In this document: positions 20,186 to 30,561 of the stretch, in pieces
Layout: every line of letters starts with the position of its first letter
Numbering within the stretch: the stretch's first letter is position 1
NCBI GenBank assembly: GCA_052168235.1
Contig: JBQLZK010000007.1
Coordinates: 64,001 to 128,000, forward strand
Source: Thainema sp.
GTDB lineage: Bacteria; Cyanobacteriota; Cyanobacteriia; Phormidesmidales; Phormidesmidaceae
Direction: 5' to 3'
Length of the DNA stretch: 64,000 nt
Notes under the pieces: generated by a model
What the model was told of the DNA's origin: nothing
Databases searched by the model: none
The model's input: the letters and a program-made list of their open reading frames with translations, nothing else
Position numbers and translations under genes: made by a program

Positions 20186-20983
20186 ATGAAACAAAGACTA
20201 AAGCAGTTTTTGATCCTCAGTTGTGTTACAGCTAGCAGTATCGCTGGTTTAGCCGTGCTGCAGATTCCACGGCTACGCGAAATTTCATTTCAGAATCAAA
20301 ATTTAACGGAAGTAGAGTATCAGCAACAGGTTCAGCAAGAAAATATCAGGCTTTCGGTGTTAGAAAAAACGCCTACGTTTGGGTTCAATAGCTTGTTAGC
20401 CGACTGGGTATTCCTACAATTTCTGCAATACTTTGGCGATGAACCTGCCCGCCGTACCACTGGTTACGGTTTAAGTCCTGAATACTTTGATATTGTCCTA
20501 GCACGAGATCCACGCTTCCTAGAGGCATATTTTTTCTTGTCGGGTAGCACATCTTTTTATGCCGGAATGCCAGAACGTTCGGTCGAATTAATGAATCAGC
20601 ATTTACCGGAGTTATCACCAACTGTTCCGAATAAGGCTTACTACATTTGGCGGTACAAAGGAATTGATGAGCTACTGTTACTTGGAGATGCGGATGCCGC
20701 AGAGAATTCATTTCGAATGACGGCTGAATGGGCCAGTGTTTATAACGATCAGGAAGGGCAGGCGATCGCTGAATCCGCTCAACAAACGGCTGAATTTCTA
20801 GCCCAAAATCCAAATAGTCGCTCAGCCCAAATTTCAACATGGGTCATGGTGTACAACAACGCGTTCGATCAAACCACTCGACAGCTAGCTGTTCAACAAA
20901 TTGAAGCGCTAGGTGCAACCATCTCAACTGATGAAAATGGCAACCTTACAATTCGGCTCGCAAACGAAACTTCTGACAATTAG
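20186..20983 (+). CDS. Conserved pilin-locus-associated helical protein with N-terminal membrane anchor
   Basis: PTFGFNSLLADWVFLQFLQYFGD motif; lies directly downstream of pilA. Confidence 0.7.
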   Translation: MKQRLKQFLILSCVTASSIAGLAVLQIPRLREISFQNQNLTEVEYQQQVQQENIRLSVLEKTPTFGFNSLLADWVFLQFLQYFGDEPARRTTGYGLSPEYFDIVLARDPRFLEAYFFLSGSTSFYAGMPERSVELMNQHLPELSPTVPNKAYYIWRYKGIDELLLLGDADAAENSFRMTAEWASVYNDQEGQAIAESAQQTAEFLAQNPNSRSAQISTWVMVYNNAFDQTTRQLAVQQIEALGATISTDENGNLTIRLANETSDN

Positions 20984-21234
20984 TGACTATAGCCGTTGCG
21001 CATAGGTTTAGGTATTTATAAAATCAAACGTTAAAGTGTTTGAACAATCAAGCATTTGATTAAGTAATGCCTTGTTCGCATGACTGTCGCCCAATATTCA
21101 GCAAAAAGATGTGTATTGGTCGATAATTGTGAATATTCTTGCAATTTACCTAGCACGATTGGCTGCGTTAGGGAGAATTGCCCTAATAGTTACTTTAGAA
21201 CGGTTCTAAGGAAAAAATTTGGGTAATGGTATTC

Positions 21235-21289
21235 AGGTAATGATTTTTGGATGTGTGGGCACCGCCCACACATCCAAAAATCATTACCT
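21235..21289. repeat. 26-bp perfect inverted repeat with 3-nt loop
   Basis: aggtaatgatttttggatgtgtgggc-acc-gcccacacatccaaaaatcattacct. Confidence 0.9.
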
Positions 21290-21364
21290 TTTGAGGACTA
21301 CCGGAATTTGTAGTTTTCAGACTGCACTGTGAGACCTTGAGTTGGCGATCGCAGATCTAACGGC

Positions 21365-24300
21365 ATGATCTTTCCTGAACGATATCGTATGATTGAGCTG
21401 CTTTACGAAGGCAGCAAGGTGATTGTCTATCGTGCGCATGACACTGAAACTCAGGAAACAGTGGTGCTGAAAACGCTGAGATCGCACCATCCTAGCCTGC
21501 ACGATGTAGCCAAGTTAAAGCATCAGTATGAGATTCTGGTTCGTCTGAATGCTCCCGGCGTGATCCGGGTTTATCGCTTGGACGAATATCAGCGGCGACA
21601 CTGGCTGGTGCTGGAGGATTTTTGCGGTCAGCCACTGGATCAGTTGATTGCTCAGTGCCAAGAAAATATCGCATTTTTCCTAAATCTGGCCTATCCGCTG
21701 GCGCAATCGGTTGGGGAAATCCATCGCGCTGGCATTATCCATCGTGATCTAAAGCCGCAGAATATTTTGTTTGATCCTAGCAGCGGTCAGGTCAAGCTCA
21801 TTGACTTTGAACTGTCGCTCCCGTTCGATCAGGAAATACCAGCCGCGCAGGCAATCGATCAGTTAGAAGGAACGCCGCTCTACATGGCTCCTGAGCAAAC
21901 AGGGCGCATGAATCGGGCAATTGACTATCGCTGTGATTTTTATACGCTGGGTGCGACCTTTTACCATCTGCTGACGGGTCAGCCTCCCTTTAAGGCTCAA
22001 GATCCAATGGAGCTGGTTCACTGCCATATTGCCAAGCTACCGCTGCCGCCTATGGTGCTAAATGCCAAAGTGCCAGCGGTCTTGTCGGATATCGTGCTCA
22101 AGCTGCTGGCTAAAATGGCGGAGGATCGCTATCAAAGCGCAACCGGTTTAGCGGCTGATTTAGAACACTGCCGGCAAATGATGGTTGAGCAAAGTGCGAT
22201 CGCATCTTTTCCCCTCGCTCAACATGACCAGTGCGATCGCTTTGAGATCCCGCAAAAGCTTTATGGCCGAGAAACCGAAGTTCAAACCCTACTGCACGCC
22301 TTTGAACGGGTGAGTGCTGGAGCGATTGAGCTGATGCTGGTATCGGGCTTTTCGGGGATTGGCAAAACAGCGCTGATTCATGAGATTCATAAGCCGATCG
22401 TGCGGCAGCGGGGCTACTTTATTTCTGGCAAATTCGATCAGCTTCAACGCAGTGTTCCGTATGCTTCGCTAATTCAGGCATTTCGGGGACTGATTCGCCA
22501 ACTGTTAGCCGAATCAGATAGCCAAATTGCCCACTGGCAGACTAAGCTACAGGATGCCCTAGGTGCCAATCGTAAAGTGATGGCCGATGTTATCCCCGAA
22601 GTGGAATGCATCATTGGTGCATCCCCCGACGTACCGACACTTGGCCCAACGGAAGCCCGAAATCGTTTTAACCAGGTGTTTCAGCAGTTCGTCGAAGTGT
22701 TTGCTCAGCCAGAGCATCCGCTGGTGATATTTTTGGACGATTTGCAGTGGGCAGATTCGGCTTCGCTGCAACTGATGCAAAACCTACTCACCTCTAGGCA
22801 AGGCAGTCACTTGCTGCTGATCGGAGCCTATCGAGACAGCGAGGTATCAGCCGCGCATCCGCTGATGACCACCCTAGAGGAACTAGAGCAAGCTTGGGTC
22901 AGGATAACTGAATTGCGGCTCAGTCCGCTGTCCCTAGAGGACATTCAGCGTTTAGTGGCAGAGACGGTACAGCATTCAGAATCAGCCGTATATAATCTGG
23001 CCCACTTGCTACAGACCAAAACCCACGGCAATCCATTTTTTATCAAGCAGCTGCTGACGTATCTGCATGACGAACGGCATATCACCTTTTACTGGCCGAC
23101 GGGTCAATGGCAGTGGTCACTACCGGAAATTGAGCAAGTACCTATCACAGATAATGTGGTGGATTTGATGATTACTCGGTTGGAACGGTTGGCGAAATCA
23201 ACCCAGCAGTTACTTCAGTTGGCCGCCTGCATCGGCAACCAGTTTGATTTGTTGACCCTGGCTGTGGTCGCAGAACAGCCTCCACTTGCGATCGCACAAG
23301 TTCTCATCCACGCCATTCAGCAAAAGTTTATTGTCACTCAGGGTAACGCGCATCAGCTATTGGTAGCGCTGGATACCCACGAAGCCGTTCAATTTCTACA
23401 ACGCGGGGACTTTGAGCTTGCCTATCGGTTTGTGCATGACCGGGTTCATCAAGCCGCTTACGAATTGATTCCAGAGGGAGATCAGCAGGCCGTTCACTTG
23501 AAGATTGGCCGTCTACTGCAGCGCAACCTAGCCCAAACGGCATTTGCTCAAGCGACTGATGATCGGATTTTTGAGCGGGTTAATCAGTTTAACCAGGCAT
23601 TGCCGCTCCTAGTCAGCCCTGCAGAACGGCTGCAAGTAGCAGAATTAAATTTGATCGCTGGTCAAAAAGCTAAAGCAGCGGTGGCCTATGAAGTAGCCGT
23701 CCGCTATTTGCGACTAGGGCGGCAGCTCTTACCCACCGACAGCTGGGCAACACAGTACAAACTGACCTTTGACCTCTATCGAGCAGGACTAGAATGCGAA
23801 TATTTAGGCGGCAACTTTGAGCAGTCAGAGGAACTGTTTCACGTGCTGATGCTGCGATCGCAATCGGTGATCGAAAAAGCGGAAATCTACAGTTTGCAGC
23901 TGGTGCTTTACACCAGTTTGGGAAAATTTGCCGAAGTGATTGCACTGGGTAAGGATGGCTTAGCGTTACTGGGTTGGCAAGTGCCCCCAACACCAGCCGC
24001 CGTCAAGCGAGCGGTCAAGCTTACGGCAGCAGACATCCGGCTCAGACTGCTGCTGACTCGAATTCCCGATTTAGTTGATTTGCCCGTTTTAACTGATCCG
24101 CTTAAGCTGGCGCAGCTTAACCTGATGGCTCAGGTGATTCCGGCCCTGTACTATACGGATATCAATCTATCCAACCTGTTCTACTTGCAGATGTCGCTGC
24201 TGTCGCTAAAACACGGGAATGCACCCGCTTCGGCAGTTGCCTATCTAGGATTGGGCCGCTTTTTAGGCGAATACCATCGGGATTCAATCGCCCGCTATGA

Positions 24301-27244
24301 CTTGGGCAAGCTAGCGCTGGCACTTGTGGAAAAGTTTAATTACCAGCCGCTGTTGTGTAAAACACACTTCCTCTTTGGCGGATTCATCAATCACTGGACC
24401 CGCCACTCCCGCACCGATATTCATCATCTCCGAATGGCCTATCAGGCTGGCGTTGAACACGGCGACTTGAACTGGGCCTGCTATGCCAACAACGTTATGG
24501 GAATGCGCAGCTTTAGCTTGGGATTGCCGTTGCCCCAGCTAGAGCAGATGGCACAGCAGCATTTAAATTATGCCCAACAGGTAAAAGAGCAGTATACGCC
24601 CTGCTTTTTTGTCACAACTCGCCAGCTGGCACACTGCTTGATGGGGAACACTCTCTCACCCTGTAGCTTAAGTGATGCTGAGTTTGATGCGGAGCAGCAC
24701 TATCAAACTCTAGCGGCTCATCCGGGACTGGTAGGGCCACTAAACTGGTACACTGTCACGCAAACATTCATTCACTATCTACATGGCGAGTGCGATCGCG
24801 CATTAGAGTTTGCTCGCCAGTCGGATGCAACCATTTATGCTGCCATTGGTTTAGTGCGAGTGGTTGAGCATACCTTTTACTACGCACTCTGTTTAGCAGC
24901 GGTCTATCCCAGCCTGGAGGAAACTGAGCAAAAAAAGTGCTGGTCGCAGTTGCAGGATCACGTTCAGCAACTACAGCGGTGGGCCAAGGACTGTCCCGAT
25001 AACTACGACCATAAATGGCGACTGGTGCAGGCCGAAATCGCCCAACTGTGCGGGCGATCGGCGCAGGCCCAGCAGCGGTACGAACAGGCAATTGAATCGG
25101 CGCATCAGCACGGTTTTATTCACTATGAAGCTCTGGCCAATGAGCGCCTGGCTCACCATTACACCCAACGGGGAAATCAGGTCATCGCTCGGGCTTATTT
25201 AGCTGAGGCCCGTTATGCCTACCTCCAGTGGGGTGCGATCGCAAAAGTGAAAGCGCTAGAAACAGAGTATCCCTACTTGGTAACTGGGGGATCTACCTAT
25301 CAAGCCATCAGTGAGCGCTCGACGGCCCAACAGGGATTAGGTAGTTCAACCATTGAACGCAAGGCAAATCGGCTCGACCTCTACAGCGTGATCAAAGCCT
25401 CTCATGCTATCACTCGTGAGATTCAGCTGGAGCAGTTGGTTAAGACACTGATGCAGGTGATCATTGAAAATGCAGGGGCACAACGGGGCTGCTTGCTGCT
25501 GCCAGAGGGCGAACAGTGGATAATCAAAGCCTGTGGCAGCACTGGTGAGGCCACCATTCCGGCAGCGCAAATTGGCACCATTCCCCTGCGGGAACAGGTG
25601 CCGCAAAGCGTTGTGAACTATGTGGCTCGGACAGCGGAAAGCCTGCTGCTCAATCAGCCTCATTTGGAAGACGGGTACGCCAATGACCCCTATATTCAGC
25701 AGCATCAGCCGCAGTCGCTCCTATGCTGTCCACTGATTCACCAAGGGATGGCGGCAGGCATTATCTACCTGGAACATGACACAGCAGCACATGTATTTAC
25801 ACCAGAGCGATTGGAGCTAATCCAACTCCTGTCGGCCCAAGCTGCGATCGCACTCACCAACGCTCGCCTCTACGCGCAGCTCCAGGCCAGTGAAAATCAG
25901 CTCACCCAGTTTTTAGAAGCGATGCCCATTGCAGTAGGTATCCTCGATCAATCGGGTAATCCTTACTATGCCAACCGTCGCGCCGTGGAGCTGCTTGGCA
26001 AAGGCGCTCTCCCAAGCGTGCCATCGGCTGATATTGCTCAGGCATATCAGATTTATCACACCCAGCAGCAGCGAATCTGCGAACCCCATGAGATGCCGAT
26101 AATTCAAGCGCTGTCAGGGCAGACGAGTACAACCGATGCACTAGAGATTCGCCATCAGCAAAAACGGATTCCGATTGAAACCTGGGCTGCACCCATTTTT
26201 GACGAGCAGGGCAATGTTATCTATGCGCTGACGGCATTTCAGGACATCACCGAGCGTAAACGAGCGGAGCAGATTTTGGCGGATTATAATCGCGTGTTAG
26301 AAACGCAAATTGCTGAGCGAACCGCCGCCCTACGAGAAAGTGAAGCGCTGCAGCGGGCGATGTTGAATGCAATTCCCGATTTGCTGATTGTGGTACGAGC
26401 AGATGGTACCTATTTGGACTGTCTGAGCCGTGGTCACTCAGAACTCTTAAGCCATGACTGTTCGGTGGTCGGTCGCCACGTGACTGATGTCCTGCCTGCG
26501 GCTTTAGCCCAACAGCGGATGTACCACGTTCAAGCCGCCCTGAGTTCCGGCCAGCTTCAGGTATACGAGCATCAAATTTTAATTGACGATCAGCTCCACT
26601 ATGAAGAAACTCGAATCGTTAAGCTAGCGGACAACCAGGCGTTGGTAATTGTGCGAGACATTAGCGATCGCAAATCGGCAGAGCTGTCTCTCCAGCAGGC
26701 CAACAAAGAGCTAGAACGACTGGCCAGCGTTGATGGGCTGACTCAAATTGCGAATCGTCGCCGCTTTGATGCCTATCTGGCGCAAGAGTGGAAACGGCTT
26801 CAGCGCGAACATCGACCGCTGTGCCTGATTCTGTGCGACATTGACTATTTCAAGCTCTATAACGACTACTATGGTCATCCGGCAGGCGATGCTTGCTTGG
26901 TACAGGTTGCTCAAGTGCTGCGGCAGTCACTGAAGCGTCCAGCAGATTTGGCAACCCGTTACGGTGGGGAAGAGTTCGCGCTGATTTTGCCCAATACCAG
27001 TGCGGCAGGGGGAATCACGATCGCGCAAACCATTCAGCAAGCGCTCCACGAGCTGCATCTGCCCCACGTTTACTCAACCGCGAGTCACCAAGTTACCCTC
27101 AGCCTCGGTATTGCCAGTTGGATTCCCCAACCGGATCAGTCCCCTGCCAATCTGATTGCAGCAGCAGATGCAGCGCTTTATCAGGCAAAACAGCAGGGCC
27201 GTAATCAATATGCGATCGCAGATGCCACCGAGTCCACCAACTAA
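21365..27244 (+). CDS. Ser/Thr kinase - AAA/P-loop NTPase - GAF - PAS - PAS - GGDEF multidomain protein
   Basis: HRDLKPQN and YMAPEQTGRMNR (kinase); SGFSGIGKT and FLDDLQWAD (NTPase); ENAGAQRG (GAF); two PAS domains; RPAD plus GGEEF. Confidence 0.92.
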   Translation: MIFPERYRMIELLYEGSKVIVYRAHDTETQETVVLKTLRSHHPSLHDVAKLKHQYEILVRLNAPGVIRVYRLDEYQRRHWLVLEDFCGQPLDQLIAQCQENIAFFLNLAYPLAQSVGEIHRAGIIHRDLKPQNILFDPSSGQVKLIDFELSLPFDQEIPAAQAIDQLEGTPLYMAPEQTGRMNRAIDYRCDFYTLGATFYHLLTGQPPFKAQDPMELVHCHIAKLPLPPMVLNAKVPAVLSDIVLKLLAKMAEDRYQSATGLAADLEHCRQMMVEQSAIASFPLAQHDQCDRFEIPQKLYGRETEVQTLLHAFERVSAGAIELMLVSGFSGIGKTALIHEIHKPIVRQRGYFISGKFDQLQRSVPYASLIQAFRGLIRQLLAESDSQIAHWQTKLQDALGANRKVMADVIPEVECIIGASPDVPTLGPTEARNRFNQVFQQFVEVFAQPEHPLVIFLDDLQWADSASLQLMQNLLTSRQGSHLLLIGAYRDSEVSAAHPLMTTLEELEQAWVRITELRLSPLSLEDIQRLVAETVQHSESAVYNLAHLLQTKTHGNPFFIKQLLTYLHDERHITFYWPTGQWQWSLPEIEQVPITDNVVDLMITRLERLAKSTQQLLQLAACIGNQFDLLTLAVVAEQPPLAIAQVLIHAIQQKFIVTQGNAHQLLVALDTHEAVQFLQRGDFELAYRFVHDRVHQAAYELIPEGDQQAVHLKIGRLLQRNLAQTAFAQATDDRIFERVNQFNQALPLLVSPAERLQVAELNLIAGQKAKAAVAYEVAVRYLRLGRQLLPTDSWATQYKLTFDLYRAGLECEYLGGNFEQSEELFHVLMLRSQSVIEKAEIYSLQLVLYTSLGKFAEVIALGKDGLALLGWQVPPTPAAVKRAVKLTAADIRLRLLLTRIPDLVDLPVLTDPLKLAQLNLMAQVIPALYYTDINLSNLFYLQMSLLSLKHGNAPASAVAYLGLGRFLGEYHRDSIARYDLGKLALALVEKFNYQPLLCKTHFLFGGFINHWTRHSRTDIHHLRMAYQAGVEHGDLNWACYANNVMGMRSFSLGLPLPQLEQMAQQHLNYAQQVKEQYTPCFFVTTRQLAHCLMGNTLSPCSLSDAEFDAEQHYQTLAAHPGLVGPLNWYTVTQTFIHYLHGECDRALEFARQSDATIYAAIGLVRVVEHTFYYALCLAAVYPSLEETEQKKCWSQLQDHVQQLQRWAKDCPDNYDHKWRLVQAEIAQLCGRSAQAQQRYEQAIESAHQHGFIHYEALANERLAHHYTQRGNQVIARAYLAEARYAYLQWGAIAKVKALETEYPYLVTGGSTYQAISERSTAQQGLGSSTIERKANRLDLYSVIKASHAITREIQLEQLVKTLMQVIIENAGAQRGCLLLPEGEQWIIKACGSTGEATIPAAQIGTIPLREQVPQSVVNYVARTAESLLLNQPHLEDGYANDPYIQQHQPQSLLCCPLIHQGMAAGIIYLEHDTAAHVFTPERLELIQLLSAQAAIALTNARLYAQLQASENQLTQFLEAMPIAVGILDQSGNPYYANRRAVELLGKGALPSVPSADIAQAYQIYHTQQQRICEPHEMPIIQALSGQTSTTDALEIRHQQKRIPIETWAAPIFDEQGNVIYALTAFQDITERKRAEQILADYNRVLETQIAERTAALRESEALQRAMLNAIPDLLIVVRADGTYLDCLSRGHSELLSHDCSVVGRHVTDVLPAALAQQRMYHVQAALSSGQLQVYEHQILIDDQLHYEETRIVKLADNQALVIVRDISDRKSAELSLQQANKELERLASVDGLTQIANRRRFDAYLAQEWKRLQREHRPLCLILCDIDYFKLYNDYYGHPAGDACLVQVAQVLRQSLKRPADLATRYGGEEFALILPNTSAAGGITIAQTIQQALHELHLPHVYSTASHQVTLSLGIASWIPQPDQSPANLIAAADAALYQAKQQGRNQYAIADATESTN

Positions 27245-27247
27245 AAT

Positions 27248-27335
27248 AGACTTTATCGGAAATTGTTTTGTAGCGCGGCGGAGCCGCGCTACAAAACAAT
27301 TTCCAACCCCAAAAACTTTATTTCCAATAAAGTCT
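27248..27335. mobile_element. MITE-like element family B, full copy (88 bp)
   Basis: TIRs AGACTTTATCGGAAA / TTTCCAATAAAGTCT (1 mismatch), flanked by AAT direct repeats (or TA if boundaries are shifted by 1). Internal 22-bp perfect hairpin at 27258-27304. Confidence 0.65.
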
Positions 27336-27426
27336 AATCAACAAAATGGTTTAATTGTACTTTTACCTCAGCATATACTGCTAAAATCTCGCCAGGGTTA
27401 CGCCGATTTTAGGGTTGGGATAAGTC

Positions 27427-28062
27427 ATGGATTTTCTAACACGTTGCGATCGCAGTTCCCTCGGCAAGGTGGTCAAATCAAACTCCCACTGTGACTACGT
27501 CGTGCAGCTGCATGATGTCTATGACGTTGAGAATCCGCCAGCTCCTGAGGATTATGGCTTTGGTCAGTTTGTCAAGCTGGAAAAAGACGGTCGACACTGG
27601 GCCGTAGGCTTGATCTACAACTCACAGTTGTTTAATCCGCTATTTCTCAACAGCGGCCCTCGCCTATCTAGCGAACCCGATCCCGTCTTTACGCCCGATT
27701 TGATTAGCGAAGTGCGCACCATGCTCGGCACCGTCCTGGTCGGCAGCTTGGAAACCGATCGTGAATCGGCTCAATCTTATGGTCTGCACGGAATTCCGCG
27801 CGTTGTTGTACCTGTCGATACGCCCGTCTACGCCATGACCCACGAAGAAATTTACCATTTTCACCTCAACCGGGCGGGGCGTCCCCAGTTTTGCTATTAC
27901 AGCCATATACTGCGCAGCGGCGGCGTCTTTGCTGCACAGCTAACGCAGCAGGTTTTGGATGAGCTGATCGACAGTAAGCTCTTTGATGGAGCAGACCAGC
28001 GGGCCTTAGAAATTCTCTGTAAAGAGCTGTCCTGGAAAAATACGATGGGCGCAATCCGATAG
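27427..28062 (+). CDS. Stand-alone HAS-barrel-like protein
   Basis: LGKVV...FGQFVKL...AVGLIY...TVLVGSL...PRVVVPVDTPV parallels the HerA N-terminal barrel pattern and the protein at 53387-54055. Confidence 0.6.
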   Translation: MDFLTRCDRSSLGKVVKSNSHCDYVVQLHDVYDVENPPAPEDYGFGQFVKLEKDGRHWAVGLIYNSQLFNPLFLNSGPRLSSEPDPVFTPDLISEVRTMLGTVLVGSLETDRESAQSYGLHGIPRVVVPVDTPVYAMTHEEIYHFHLNRAGRPQFCYYSHILRSGGVFAAQLTQQVLDELIDSKLFDGADQRALEILCKELSWKNTMGAIR

Positions 28063-28066
28063 TTCA

Positions 28067-28177
28067 AACCTAGTTGCGCAAGGATTGGGCTCCTTGTGCA
28101 ACTAGGTTGTATAGGGGTTCTAGATAAGAACGAGAGAGGAGAGTGCCTCATCCTGAGGCACTCTCCTCTCTCGTTCT
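28067..28177. terminator. Two consecutive long hairpins between convergent genes
   Basis: 18-bp inverted repeat at 28067-28108 (1 mismatch) and 24-bp perfect inverted repeat at 28127-28177 (loop TCC). Confidence 0.75.
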
Positions 28178-28238
28178 CTCACTCTTAACTGGAATCACTA
28201 TATGACCAGACTAGAGAAAAATCACGACTGGAGAGGAA

Positions 28239-28931
28239 TTACCAAATTCGTACTTGCGTGACGGCGATGTTGCCCGAAAAGCACACATCAACGTCTGCCC
28301 CCGGATCGCGATCGCGGTTGCCATATTCCCCGACATAGCGAAAGTTGCCGTCTTCAAATGAAAACTCTACAGGCAGAGGCTGGGTACAGGGTGAACAGAA
28401 AATCATCTCTGGATCCGGCTGATCGGGAGCTATATGGGGCAGATTGACGTTCCAAAATGACCCAGTAGGCAAAGACTTATCCAGCAGTACCGTCAAAACC
28501 TGAGCCGTTAAACGAGCTGCTACCGACCAGTCAATGGTTCGCCCCCGCTGAATATAATGGGATACCGCAATACCGGCTTTGCGTAGAATAGCCGCTTCCC
28601 GTACGGCTGCCACTGTACCCGAAACATGAATATCGGAACCGAGGTTACCTCCCGCATTAATTCCAGACAAGACAATTTTGGCGTCTGGACAAATCGGCCC
28701 AAGCCCCACCCGCGTACAGTCTGCTGGCATGCCACTAACCGCATAGGCATTGTGCGATCGCGCTTCAACTGCGATCGGTGATTTGGTCATAAACTGATGG
28801 CTACAGCCCGAACGATGACTATCCGGGGCAACAATAATGCCGGATTCACCTGTTACCTGTTGCAAGGCCTCCCGCATCGCCCAGATTCCAGGCGCATCAA
28901 TGCCATCATCATTCGTCAAAATAAAAGACAT
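28239..28931 (-). CDS. surE: 5'/3'-nucleotidase SurE
   Basis: LTNDDGIDAPG, GMPADC, SGINAGGN and SGTVAA motifs. Confidence 0.94.
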   Translation of the reverse strand: MSFILTNDDGIDAPGIWAMREALQQVTGESGIIVAPDSHRSGCSHQFMTKSPIAVEARSHNAYAVSGMPADCTRVGLGPICPDAKIVLSGINAGGNLGSDIHVSGTVAAVREAAILRKAGIAVSHYIQRGRTIDWSVAARLTAQVLTVLLDKSLPTGSFWNVNLPHIAPDQPDPEMIFCSPCTQPLPVEFSFEDGNFRYVGEYGNRDRDPGADVDVCFSGNIAVTQVRIW

Positions 28932-28980
28932 GCCAGATATGAAATCAATTAAGGTTTACAAGCCTAAGGTTTAGAGTGCA

Positions 28981-29025
28981 AAAAAGGTTAGAGAAACGAA
29001 CACCGTTCGTTTCTCTAACCTTTTT
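28981..29025. terminator. 21-bp perfect hairpin downstream of hrcA
   Basis: aaaaaggttagagaaacgaac-acc-gttcgtttctctaaccttttt. Confidence 0.8.
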
Positions 29026-29033
29026 CAGTCGGT

Positions 29034-30110
29034 TTATTGATGACTGGATAATGCGTGCGAGAGATACTCAGCAGTTGCTTCTACAACCGGAATCGCGCTG
29101 TCGTAAATCATCCGCGTCGGCCCCAGCACCCCCACACTCCCCACAGGCAGCGTTCCTCGGTAATAAGGCGACGACACAATAGCACAGGACTGCATCGGCT
29201 CTAGCGGATTTTCGGCCCCAATACGCACCGTCACCCGCCGCGTCAGCTGATTAATCTGCATTTCATCAAAAATCAGAGGCCAAAGCTGATCAGGCTCCTC
29301 TTCTAGAAGCTGAAGAATCGCTTGAAACTGCTGGGTTTCTGAAAATTCTGGCTGCCGCAGTACTTCTGATAGACCACTGATGAAAATTTGGGTCGTACTC
29401 GGAGTTTGCGTGCGGCGATTGAGCGCCTGTACGGCAACTTTGATCAAATCGGCGTAGCGCTGAAACTCCTGATCTAACTCCTGCCAGTCCAAATTAGCTA
29501 CGTCCGATAGAGAGCGCCCCCGTAGTTGATGATTGAGGAAATTGGACAGCAACTGAAGTTCGCTATCAACCAATTCAGCAGACTCCAATTCTTCCCCATC
29601 CAGTTTGGGTAACTGCACCAGATTGGAATAGGACTCATAGGAATCCAAAACGACGATTAACAGCACCTGACCTGGGTTCACCTGCACGAGCTGAATATGC
29701 CGCACCTGAGACATTTTGAGCTGAGGCATCGTGATCAACGTGACATAACCACTCAGAGCTGCCAGCAGCTGAGCAGCACCTCGCAGGATGGCTTCCAAGC
29801 TCCAGTCAATCCAGTTCAATCGCCCTTCCAATAGTGGATCTACCTGACGCGCCAGAATATCAGATGGCTGCATCAGGCGATCCACATAAATCCGATATCC
29901 CGAATCAGATGGTACACGCCCAGCGGAAGTATGGGGCTGAAACAACAGGCCAGCCCGCTCTAAATAGCTCATAGCATTGCGAACGGTCGCTGGGCTTACG
30001 TCTAATCCGTACTCATCAGCTAAGGACTTAGAGCCAACGGGTTCAGCCGTGGCAATATAGTGGCGGATAGTCGCCCAGAGAATATGCTGTTGGCGATGAC
30101 TAAGTTTCAT
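29034..30110 (-). CDS. hrcA: Heat-inducible transcription repressor HrcA
   Basis: AEPVGSK, SPATVRN, QPHTSAGRVPSDSGYR and GVLGPTRM motifs. Confidence 0.97.
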   Translation of the reverse strand: MKLSHRQQHILWATIRHYIATAEPVGSKSLADEYGLDVSPATVRNAMSYLERAGLLFQPHTSAGRVPSDSGYRIYVDRLMQPSDILARQVDPLLEGRLNWIDWSLEAILRGAAQLLAALSGYVTLITMPQLKMSQVRHIQLVQVNPGQVLLIVVLDSYESYSNLVQLPKLDGEELESAELVDSELQLLSNFLNHQLRGRSLSDVANLDWQELDQEFQRYADLIKVAVQALNRRTQTPSTTQIFISGLSEVLRQPEFSETQQFQAILQLLEEEPDQLWPLIFDEMQINQLTRRVTVRIGAENPLEPMQSCAIVSSPYYRGTLPVGSVGVLGPTRMIYDSAIPVVEATAEYLSHALSSHQ

Positions 30111-30561
30111 AGCGATGAACGTTGACGCAGAATCATGCTGTATTCTCAGTTTGGTTGGCTAATTGCAACTAAGATAGCAGATCCAGATGGAGTATGAGGT
30201 CACTCCCAATAGCGTCAACCAATGTTGAGTCAGTGGGTTTCGGTAGTTAAGTATCACCCATCTGTTATATGCAGAGCTATTCTAGCCTACCAGTTCAGCC
30301 ACATTTAGTTCGGCTTGCAGTACCTGAGCATTAAGCTGATCACTAATGCTGATCACTAATCAGGACTAACCGTGTCTGACGCGGTTCATCCGCTTGCTAA
30401 GCCCGTTCATAGAAATAATCAAAGCGATCGTCTATACCTTGAATCACCAGCCGCATCGCTCTATCGGGCACGGCAATGCGTCGTCCTTGATTATTTTGTA
30501 GCAGTGTAGCAGTTTACGCTCGTCTTACAGCGTGCAGAAAGCGTGGGCAAAAGGGCAGGCT

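Noticed and set aside
16480..27200. Recent duplication between the two GGDEF domains
   Set aside because: Protein similarity is high, but many synonymous codon differences indicate old paralogy.
30111..30561. CIRCE operator upstream of hrcA
   Set aside because: No TTAGCACTC-N9-GAGTGCTAA match found.
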